From assembly GCA_964016885.1 (NCBI GenBank), contig OZ024743.1, forward strand, positions 191,146,001-191,210,000: DNA of 64,000 bases, written 5' to 3'. Under the pieces are notes generated by a model, which was not told the origin of the DNA, did not search any database, and saw only the letters and a list, made by a program, of their open reading frames with translations. The DNA is from Eledone cirrhosa (taxonomy: Eukaryota). Shown here in pieces: positions 1 to 11,049 of this stretch (position 1 is the first letter of the stretch; every line of letters begins with the position of its first letter). The position numbers were made by a program, and so were the translations under genes.

Positions 1-451
1 TCCCAGCCCTCCACGTAGCGGATGTTGACAACAGATGGACTGCCTGACCACCGGAGCGCGTCCCATCCACAAAATACGAAAGAGCAAATATCTACGTCCG
101 TTGACCTGAGGTGGCTGAGCAGGTGACCCTGCTTCCATGACGACCCCATGCCATGTGCATTTACGCTGCCTATTCTGAGTAAGGCCATGTTGAAAAAAGA
201 GTAGGCAAAATTGGGAAAGATCACTTGCCTTAGTCCTTTGGAGTAAAGACGGTTTCTCGGTCCTTCTGGCTGGTTGTGGCCCTCTCCGTAAGGATGAGTT
301 TGTATATCCACCTGGAGAGGGTTTCACAGAAATCTTCAATGACGTTGGCGTATTTTCCTTTTAAGAGGGTATATGTCTTTTGTGAGATGCGTGTTATTTT
401 TGAGCCCACACGGCTCCCTGAGCCTTTTGTACCAGGGACTCCGAGGCCCAC
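1..451 (-). mobile_element. Internally deleted Tx1-clade LINE fragment
   Basis: From the ATG at 188 (-): MALLRIGSVNAHGMGSSWKQGHLLSHLRSTDVDIC (APE N-terminus). This is fused near 85 to LFRILWMGRAPVVRQSICCQHPLRGGLG, homologous to the post-RT region of the Tx1 at 53706-53830. The upstream boundary is uncertain. Confidence 0.75.
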
Positions 452-875
452 CCGACCCGGCGTGTCGTTACGCTAATTGAACGGCATGATACCATACATA
501 GACATCGGGGTTCTATGATGTTTGATGTAGGAGTGAGGCTGATCCAGTGTCCATTTTATTTATCATTTATCTGGCCTCATCTATTTCCTCGTGTGTCACC
601 GTAACCGTTTCATTTTTTTTTTTTTTTTTGCAGCTCTCACAAAAGCGACGTTGGGTCTTGCGCTGCTATTGCTGTTGTTGTTATTCTTATTGTTGCTGTT
701 GATTTCTGTGGTTATTGTTGTTCCTGTCATTGCTCTTGCCAATTTCGTGGCTTAATACCAGAACAGAACGCTATTGAAGCATTTCTCATCTATGTGGATG
801 TAAATACGTCTCATAATTGGGTGTTGTATTAGAAGACTACAGCAATACAAAAGGGACACCATTATATCCTCTGAT

Positions 876-997
876 CTTTACGATCTGAGTTCAAATCCGG
901 CCGAGGTTAACTTTGCCTTTCATTATTACGGGGTCGATAAAATAAAGTACCAGTAATGTACTGGGTAATTGCTGGCCTTGTGCCTAAAATAGAAAAA
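876..997 (+). mobile_element. 5'-truncated tRNA-derived SINE (Meta-domain-like core)
   Basis: B-box GAGTTCAAATCC and core ctttgcctttcat..ggggtcgataaaataaagtaccagt. 15-bp TSD attatatcctctgat at 861-875 and 998-1012. Confidence 0.85.
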
Positions 998-1688
998 ATT
1001 ATATCCTCTGATATTGCAATCAGCTTACTGTAAAATAGAAAGATCTATTAACTTGCTTCTGGGTGATTTAGTTGAACGAATATTTGGCAGAGGATAAAAT
1101 CTTTACAATTTGTAGTTCTAGATATATTACATAGCGACAGTGTAATTAAATGTGTACTAATGACCTAGTAGTTAATGCAACCATGATTATCATCGACATC
1201 AAGGTGATAATGATAGTTTTCTTTGATGTAATATATAATATACATTCTGTATATGACGATACTATATTTAGGGGTAATAGGTTTGGCATAGAGTGAGAAT
1301 TTACTTTGAGAATTTTATATTAGATACATTTTTGATGAACTCAATGATAAAATATATTTTGAATATTGGAATGCGGGGGAGGATTCCTGGAAAAATAATA
1401 AAAGTAACTATATGAGAAATAATGATAGAGTTTGAATTTATTATCAGCATAGAAATGTATAGGATGATGGATAGTTATAGTAAAAATGATTTCTTTAATG
1501 GGAATGTATGTTTTTGAATATTCCCTTAATTTTACAAATAATTTTATATATTGGAACTGCGTATTTCATTTATTTTTTGTCTTATTTTTCATTTATGTAT
1601 GTATTATTCATTTATGTATGTGTGCACTATCATACGAAATAAGTAATAAATTAGTATCACAGAAAATATGATTCCACTGTCTATTTTG

Positions 1689-1733
<45 letters not shown>

Positions 1734-2082
1734 GCCACCTAATAAACAAAATCAAAAGATGTAAATTCAAATCACAAACTACCTGCTATTTATTTACCCA
1801 AAGAGAGCAACATTTGAAACATTGAAACAATGTTTATTTATAACATCTTTTGTACAATTATATCAAAGAAATCGTGTTTAAAAAATTAAATATTTTTTAG
1901 AGTAAATGTTTACGAAATTCATCGACAAACTATAATTGAGTATACCCAAAAATATATTGATTATTTATATATTTATAACAAAATGTTTTAATATTTTATT
2001 TGAAACACAAAAATAATAATACACATACAGACAGAAAACATGAGTGAAATAACTGACACATTTACGGGTGCGCGGACTCATA

Positions 2083-2117
<35 letters not shown>

Positions 2118-2630
2118 CATTATGAGTCCATGCAGATATGTCATGAACAATAGTTACCAAAGTACGCTTTACTATTATGTCAATAAATTGTCTACTGTTG
2201 AAAGTTTAGATTCCAATAGTATTTGATGTTTAACTGTCATAACTTAATGTACAGACCTTGTTCTGGTCGTTGTTAATATCGTTTAATTACATGAACAGGA
2301 AATGACAATCATGTGTCCACATTAGAGTCAATAAAATCAGTATATATGCTCCGGTTATATAGAAGATTATTTATGAGATCACTTATTTCCAGAGAAAGGA
2401 TATGGTAAACAGTTAATTAAATTAAATTAATATACAGGGTGAGTCATATGCAACCAGGAATACAATATCACAGACAACGTTTTAACACCCGTCTATTTGT
2501 GTTTGATCATCTATGGTTATATTTTCTAATTATTTTTGTTTGATGTATTTGAATCAGAAGTTTAGCATTATCATTTTGAATATAAATGTTGGACTGCCCG
2601 CTTAATTATGACTCACGTTATATATATATA

Positions 2631-3310
2631 TATAAAAGACGTAAAATAAGAAAATCCTTTAAAAAAATGTTTTTCAAAAAAGTTTTACTTACTTAAATTT
2701 TCACTCCAACTAATTAGTTTCTGCAATGGGATAAAGACAGTTACGTAATCTAACTGTCGAGAATTCATTGCGTCATCAGGGAGTCTATTCTCAGCTAAGT
2801 CTCCAGGCAATGCGCGGACACTGGCGGCTCATATAAAAATAATAATAATTCGGTAGATGGAACAGCTAGCGAGGACTGAATTCCATGCACTGAAATCCTC
2901 ACTGCCTCTAGTCAAATGGCCGATTCTAAAGAATCAATCACGGGACACAGAGGCTAGTCAGAAGGAATGGGATGGTAAGATGACAGACGCCTACTAACAC
3001 CCCCCAAAAAAAATTTTTTTAGAAGTGGTTTTGGCAGGTTTGCTCGACAAATCAGTGATTTGGAGATAAATATAGATAATTTAATATATCAACTAACATA
3101 AGCGCACAGATGCACGCCTATACCAGCAAATACACAGGTTATGTCATAGTACCTAGGTGGTTCAATGCAGGAGGATGCAGAACAATAATATAAAAGACGT
3201 AAAATAAGAAAATCCTTTAAAAAAATTTTTTTTAAAATATGTTTACTTACTTACTTAAATTTTCACTCCAACTAAATAGTTTCTGCAATAGGATAAAGAT
3301 AGTTACGTAA
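2631..3310 (-). mobile_element. Non-coding Penelope-like/retrozyme-like element with a partial tandem pseudo-LTR
   Basis: ~120-bp direct repeat at 2631-2750 and 3189-3310. The left copy runs into a complete hammerhead; the right copy stops inside it. Abuts (TA)n; no ORF. Confidence 0.7.
2703..2784 (-). ncRNA. Type I hammerhead ribozyme
   Basis: actcc-CTGATGA-c-gcaatg..(hairpin gacagtta/taactgtc)..cattgc-a-GAAA-ctaattag-TT-ggagt. Palindromic stem III, GUU cleavage triplet. Confidence 0.85.
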
Positions 3311-3695
3311 GCTCGCCAAACAATCACTTCATCTTTGCTCCCGCGGGCCGAACAAGAAATATTGTATACTCTGAGGCTCTAACAATGTAATTTATCTATT
3401 TTCTGTTACTTGGAATTTCCATTATGGTTGTACAAATTATTGCAAAGTTTGTTAAAAAATGTGTTCTCTGTTCAGCCTTTATTGTTGTAACTATCAATTT
3501 TCTTTAACGTACTGGCTGCTGAACTGGGGAATCCTATAAACTATCAAACCCAACATCAGAGAACTTAACCCCCCCCCCCACCCACCTCCGCTGACTTGAG
3601 AGGGCGTGCGGTATCTTTGCACTGGAGAGGAGGGGTGATTCATGAAAAGATAAAATGCCGGTATACCTAGCCGGAGCCAGCCGGACGACCAGGTA

Positions 3696-3742
<47 letters not shown>

Positions 3743-3837
3743 AAAATGAGGGATTTTTAATGAAAACAACGAGGCGTCCTACACGAGTGAAAGTATAAGG
3801 AAAACAAATCGAAAATGCGACTGGAGACTTTTTAAGA

Positions 3838-3889
<52 letters not shown>

Positions 3890-4649
3890 GTGTGTGTGGG
3901 GGGGGGGTATGTGAGGGTGATGGGGAGTGTAAGATGTGTGGGTGTAAAGTGTGTGTGCGTATTAAATTGAGCATTATGCATCTGAAGTATTATATAAATA
4001 CTTTTCTGCAGAGAAACAGTTTATGAATTAACCAAATCACCGAAGAATGAGTGTGTATACATACGTATTTATGTACACATGTAAACTTCGTTTATTTGCT
4101 CATTTCTTCGTAGACAGGAAAAGATGATTAGCGAACCCCTTTTTACTTCGAATTACTATTTTCATAAGCTGTGTATCTCTCTGACAACCAACAAAATATG
4201 TATTACTGAAAATTTTATAAACCAATAAAATATGTAACGGTGAGCCAATTTACATGTGATTAGCGAGCGGTTTAATATATATATATATATATTGACTACC
4301 TGTATGAGAGGTAATTATATGCAAAATATTTCGTTCATTTCTGTGATTCTACTATAAGCGATAATGCATATGACACCGGGATTTACATATTTCCTTGTGT
4401 TCGTTTAGATAATATTCATATGTTCTAAATATACATATTCTCGAAAAGCTAAGGATCGCTTCTAGATATGTATTACTTTTCAATTTACATAGAAATATGT
4501 CAAATTGACGATTTATTCAATGTATAAATTTATATAGATATTCAGTCAGTTTCGGATACTTCTAAACTGTAGATATACAGATATAAATTCGTCTTTCTAT
4601 TTAGCTGCTTCATGCACAATTTAATATATATCAAATTAACTATTAACAC

Positions 4650-5270
4650 CCGTGAGGTGAGGTGTCTGTTTCAGCAGGTGTCGCTGGCCATTTCCTCGGG
4701 AATGTGTTTGAGGTTTTGCCCGCGTGGTGCAGTCCCAATACCACCGCCCCTAGGCATCAGATCCGGCTGGATTCCCAAACGAGACTAGTCAAGCTCATGG
4801 ATGTTATCAAAGCATCTTGCTTGAGATCAAATCCTGTGTCTTCTTGCCAGTTGGATTTGCCCATGAAATCTGTCCAGCAATTCTTTCCTGGGACATTCTA
4901 ACCATATACTCGTAGTATTGGAGCTGTGAACTCTTAATTGGTAGAAGTAGTGGTTTTACCTGGAGTGGCTCTCTGATCTCCGTGCTACACACTCTGTTGA
5001 TTAACGTTACACCACCAAAGTCCCTTCGGAGGATCACCATTTCAGCCGCATTTATTCGAATTTTTTTTCTTTCAGACATTACCTACTATTCATGACCGTA
5101 GGTAAGAGTTGGCTCGAACACCGAATTGAACATAGCAAGTTTGAATTTTATGTCTACCTTGGCGGTTCCGAGATTATGACCAGATTGGTGACCATCAAAA
5201 AACATTGCCATATGGCTAAACACGACAAAGGCAATCATACCAGCATCCTCCTTAGCGCTGGTTAACAAGG
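4650..5270 (-). mobile_element. Degraded RTE-clade LINE 3' fragment
   Basis: KLAMFNSVFEPTLTYGHE..RINAAEMVILRRDFGGVTLINRV..SQLQYYEYMVRMSQERIA, typical RTE thumb/C-terminus; (CACCT)n tail. Confidence 0.8.
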
Positions 5271-5769
5271 GACGCGTTCAGGCCTTTCGTAGAACGGTCT
5301 GTTCGAAAAATATATTGCACTCTCTATTTCACACTGTAAAACCTGGCGATGGGTCTGCGACTTCTCTTGGTAGGCGCGGGATGGACGCACAAAGATTGCA
5401 TATCCCGAGACCCACAGCGGGTCCGTAAGTTTGTTTTAATGGAGTAATTTTTTTCAGAAGCTGACACGAATCTATCTTCCTAATTGCGTAGCTGCACTAG
5501 TGCGCAGAGTCCTATGCGCCAGACACAAATAGAAGCATGCAAAGGACGTTTATATGCAAAACCCATACAGCTATCAGTAAAGATTATATAACCTTTGACC
5601 ACTTCCATGCATAGATGTGCTGTTATGGAAACATTCAATAGTTAATTCTAAAACCCGTAACCTACAACTGAGAACATAAGTACATACATGGTAACTGCCA
5701 ACTCGTTTTCTAGATGATGATAATACATTGTATCTATACCCACAAATTGATCTATGTAAGGTTAGTTAT

Positions 5770-5771
5770 AA

Positions 5772-5820
<49 letters not shown>

Positions 5821-6088
5821 CACATACATATATGTATATATACATACATATACTCATATACATACATATATATATATACATACATACATATATATATACA
5901 TACATATATATACACATATATATGCATACATACAAACATATACATATATACTTATATATATATATATGTATATACACATACATATACATATATACATACA
6001 TATACATATATACACACATACATATATATATATACACATATACATACATATATACATATACACACATACATACATATATATATATATA
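5770..6088. repeat. Compound (TA)n/(TACA)n microsatellite
   Basis: Direct reading; source of spurious YI/HT-rich ORFs. Confidence 0.95.
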
Positions 6089-6540
6089 CATGGTGGCTGC
6101 CAACTCGTTTTCGAGTACGGTCACTACTTTATATCCATCTATGAGAACCCCTACCAATGCGCTGAACGAGTGTGACTTTTTAGTCCAGCCAGCAACTTGA
6201 ACACTCTGGTACAAACACTACATTTGTGACAATTATTGACACATAGTGCTGGGCCCATGGTACCATGTGACGACAAGTGCAGTGAGATCGCCAGATATAA
6301 AGCAATGCCTGTGACGCGAAGCTTTTATAGTCAGCAAAAGCACTGAACAAAGCCAGTCCCACTCTCTTAAGATCTCCTTTGCTTTTTGACAGGTTTTGTT
6401 TTTAGTCCTGCAGGATGTACAAAGTCACCCTCCTCACCAAGAAACCTTGGTAGGGTCGCCAGTTTAGTCGCCAACGACCCGACCATGGGACAGGTTGTAC
6501 TGGGATACATGTTACCAGTAACACCAACTGGTGACCTGAC
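6089..6540 (-). mobile_element. Bipartite non-autonomous RTE derivative, unit A
   Basis: RTE-like 5' UTR segment joined to an RTE 3' end encoding [24 protein letters not shown] and the terminus ctcgaaaacgagttggcagccacc, followed by an (ATGT)-rich tail. Confidence 0.7.
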
Positions 6541-6801
6541 ATATATACATACATACATACATACATATATACATACATACACACATATACACATATACAT
6601 ACATATATATATATATACATATATACATACATATACATATATATATACATATATACATATACATACATATATACATATATACATATATACACATATATAC
6701 ATATACATATATACATACATACACATGTATATACATACATACTCATATATACATATATACATATACACATACATATATATATATACACATATACATATAT
6801 A

Positions 6802-6830
<29 letters not shown>

Positions 6831-6833
<3 letters not shown>

Positions 6834-7433
6834 GTGGCTGCCAACTCGTTTTCGAGTACGGCCACTACTTTATATCCATGTAGGAGAACCCCTACCGATG
6901 CACAAGTGACTTTTTAGTCCAGTCAGCGACTTGAAAGCTCTGGTACAAACACTACAATTGTGACAAATATTGACACATAGTGCTGGGCCTATGGTACCAT
7001 GTGACGACAAGTGCAGAGAGATCTCCAGATATAAAGCAATGACTGTGCCTTGAAGCTTTTATAGTGAGCAAAGGCACTGCACAAAGCCAGTCACACTCTC
7101 TTAACCAAGATGATATTTACCAAAAAGAATAACAAGTCAACATCATTGGATACCATCAGGGTTGCAGGTGTTATATCAGAGTTTTCCTTCTCATAGAATT
7201 CTGCCTTGACAAAGGCTAAGGGTTCATCTCTCCCGGTGATTTTGGATGGCTATTGACTCTGAAGAGCTCCTTTGCCATTTGACAGGTTTTGTTTTTCGTC
7301 CTGCAGGATGTCCAAAGTCACCCTCCTCACCAAGAAACCTTGGTGGGGTTGCCAGTTTAGTCGCCAACGACCCGACCATGAGACAGGTTGTACTGGGATA
7401 CATGTTACCAGTAGCACCAACTGGTGACCTGAC
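6831..7433 (-). mobile_element. Bipartite non-autonomous RTE derivative, unit B
   Basis: Tandem paralog of unit A with a longer 5' UTR, including gagaaggaaaactctgat. Tail at 6541-6830. Confidence 0.7.
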
Positions 7434-7450
7434 ATATACATACATACATA

Positions 7451-10085
7451 CATGATGGCTGCCCCCTCGTTATCGAGTATGGCCATTGCACGAGTAGAAA
7501 AAAAAATCAGCAGAGATGTTAGCGTCTTTCAGAGATGCTTTCAAGGAATCCTTATACCTCTTTTTTGGTTTATGTGGCGGTCGTTTCCCTTTAACCAACT
7601 CTCCATAAAAGAGTTGTTTTGGTATTCTAGAATCCCTCATCCTGGCAAGGTGACCACTCCAACGGAGTCGTTGCACAAGAGCTTCTATACTGTCACACAT
7701 AGAGCTTTCCAAAATATCGACATCCCTGATGAGGTCCCTCCAGTGAACGCCATGGATCCGTCTGAAACGCATCTGATGGAAACGCTCCAATTGCTTAAGG
7801 TGGTGTCGATATGTGACCCAGGCCTCGCAGGCATAAAGAAGACAAGAGAGCACACATGCCCTGTACACCTTTACCTTTGTCCTCCTGCATATGTCTCGCC
7901 GACCCCAGAGTCGCCTTTCTAGCTTTCCGAAAGCATCACTGGCTTTCCTATTCCTAAGTGAGATTTCACTGTCAATGTTGCTGTATCGATTGACAGTGCT
8001 TCTCAGGTAGACAAACTGATCAACCACTCCAAGTCGTTTGCCATACATCTAGATGTTTGGTTCAGTGTACTGCTTACCAGGGGCAGGTTGGTACATGACG
8101 ACGGTTTTCTTCAGACTGACAGTCAGACCTAGGGCAGTGCAAGCGTCAGAAAATGCATTCAAAATGTGCTGCATATCACTCTCTGGAGCTGTCTAGCTGA
8201 GAAGATCATATCAGTAGTGCCGCGTCCAGCACGAAAACCAGATTGACTTTCAGGAAGAACACAATCTGCAATGTGTGTCAGCAGAAGGTCCAGAAGCACC
8301 CTACATAAAACTTTCCCTACGACAGAAAGCAATGATATACCTCTGTAGTTCCCACAATCGTTCCTGTTACCCTTTCCCTTGTACAAGACCACCATTACTG
8401 CATCTCTCCAGTCCTCAGGTACGGATTCATTAGCCCATATCCTGCCAAACAAAGAGTGAAGATGTTGCAGGAGTCTCTCACCACCATATTGTAGGAGCTC
8501 AGCATGTATGCCATCCATACCTGGAGATCTTCCACTGTTCAGCTTCGAAATAGCCACTGCAACCTCCACAAGCGTCGGAGGTTCTGCGAGAGCTACTTTC
8601 ACAGGACTTTCTGGAATGAGATTGAGGAAATCTTCACTGACGACAGACGGCTGATTCAAAAGATCATCAAAGTGCTCTCGCCACCTTCGTAGAATTCCCT
8701 GTGAGTCACGAAGAAGTTCTTTGCCATCCTTGCTGCGAAGCGGTGTCACCAGAGAAGAAGACGGTCCATAAACCTCACGCAAGAGACTGTACAACAGCTT
8801 TGTGTTATTGGAATCAGAAACCGTTTGTATCTCACCAGCCTTCTCACTCCACCACTGATCCTTCATCTGAGAAAGACTCCGCCTAACACGTGATTTTACA
8901 TCCCAGAGTTCCTCATGCAACGTATTCCTCTCCTGTGGTTTTGCCGTCAAGTAGCGTGACAGAGCACGCCTCTTATCAGCCAACAAGTCTTCTATATGTA
9001 CATCATTCTCATCAAACCAGTCCTGATGTTTACTCTGCGCCAATCCCAGAACACGTCTTCCTACATCATAAACCGACTTTTTAAGGGTCGGCCAATCCTC
9101 ACCAAGATCTGCAGCCTGCATCTCTTCTTCCAATGTCCTATTCGCAGTTTTATCCTTAAGACGAGCAGCATTCAATCTTTTGGGCAGAGCAACACCAGGA
9201 GCCCGGATTTTACGTTTAGTGATTAGTTTCACTTTTGCGCGTACCAGGCGGTGGTCCGTCCAGCACTCAGCTCCACGAAGAACACGAACACACTGCACAT
9301 CCTGTCTGTCACGCATCCTGACTAGGACGTAGTCCAAAAGATGCCATTCCTTAGATGCAGGATGCATCCATGTGGTCTTGAATTTGTTCATTTGTTGGAA
9401 CATGGTGTTGGTAACACACAGATCCAGCTCCTCACACATCTGCAGCAGGAGCATACCATTGCTGTTACACTTTCCCACCCCATGCCTTCCGATTACATTC
9501 CATGTGTTAAAATCCCTACCCACTCTAGCATTAAAGTCACCAAGCACGATGGCTTTGTCTGCCTGAGGGATATTTCTTAAAACACCTTTCAAGGCATGGT
9601 AAAAGGACACCTTTTCCTCATCAACAGAACTCATAGTTGGAGCATACACACTCACCAGGGTAGAATATCTTCCCTTGTCCAGCGGAACTCTCATGGTCTC
9701 ATGGACATAAGACGCTCACTAATCCCTACTGGGAATTCTTCTAATTTGTTCACAAGCACAGTCTTAACAGCAAATCCTACCCCAGCCTCTCTTCTGGTTC
9801 CTTCATCTCTTCCTTTCCAGAAGAATGTATATTCTCCACAAAATTCCGCAAGATGACCATCTCCAGCTAGCCTCGTCTCAGATAAAGCCACGATGTCAAG
9901 ATCTAACGTCGAAGCTCCTTTGCAACAAGAGCGGTCCTTCGTTCAGGACGCCCCAAGGAATCCCTGTCAAGCAGCGTCCGTACGTTCCAGCAGCCAAGAC
10001 TAAATGCCTTGTTTGGCTCTATTACAATGACACGATAACGAGCGGGCCCAGGCTGTGATAACCTGGGGCCCCTGCCCTTATTGCC
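7451..10085 (-). mobile_element. RTE (BovB-like) LINE pseudogene with APE and partial RT; RT core and C-terminus deleted
   Basis: WNVRTLLD..ALSETRL, VLGDFNARVG, WHLLDYVL, TDHRLV, NYRGISLL, QSGFRAGRGT. Jumps near 8183 from ARQLQ to ESDMQHILNAFSDAC. 3' terminus ctcgataacgagggggcagccatc plus (ATGT)n. Confidence 0.92.
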
Positions 10086-10187
10086 AATGATCTTTTTTGT
10101 TCCAGAACCTAAATTGTCAATTATCTCTTTTATATTGTTCTGGAACATCATTGAATTGGAAAAAAAAAGAAAAAAAAATTAATAATA

Positions 10188-10230
<43 letters not shown>

Positions 10231-10231
<1 letters not shown>

Positions 10232-10705
10232 TTGAATTTTTAACATATTTAAATCATTTGTGAAATAACAACTCTTAGTACAAATGCTACGTAAAGCACC
10301 CGGCTTGAGCCCCCAAAAATTCGGACCCATAATATATTGTTATAAGGCTCAAATATTCAAATATTCAACTTTGTATTGTACACTGTATATCCAAAAAAGA
10401 AAATGGCTATAAATGGAAGAAGAACCCCCCCCTCCTCCTCTGTCTACACTATATAGAACAGCCAAACTCACCAACACCAGAAACTAGATACACCACCCAC
10501 CCCATCACCTGTGTACACTAAACCACGACCGCTCACTACGGCCATCATTACAACCATTATCCCATCACCGCCGCCACCACCCCTTCACTCCTTCACTGCT
10601 ACCACCGCTACAGCACCATCACTTCAGTAATACGGTCACATCACCGCCACCACTGCCTCGGTATCGACATCACCACCACCACTGTCTCAGTATCGCTACC
10701 GCCGC
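10231..10705 (+). repeat. ~480-bp direct repeat, copy 1 (copy 2 at 14771-15265)
   Basis: Both copies start tttgaatttttaacatatttaaatcatttgtg and end in ACC-rich sequence. Confidence 0.9.
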
Positions 10706-11049
10706 CAGTCGCCCACTTCTTTTAGCTGGCTGCTGCCACCACATTATAGAATCCCTACTGCTAAAAAAGAGGAAGGCATCAAAATATATAGATAGACTCA
10801 AAAGAAAAAAGAAAAAACAAACAACAAAACCAAAGCAGCACAGCAACAACAGCAAAAAACGAGAAAAACAAACAGAGAAAAACAAAAACAAAAAAAAAAC
10901 AAAAAAAAACAAAAAACGTAAAGAAAATAAGAATGAAGAGAGAAGCAGGCGGACGGACAGAGAAGAGGGGGGAAAAACTAAAACTTAAAAAACAAAAACT
11001 AAGTCAGACATTCGAACACTACATTACAATGAAACTTATGCTTATTCAT

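Noticed and set aside
5714-6883. YIYI/HTHT-rich ORFs here and throughout the window
   Set aside because: Translations of microsatellites.
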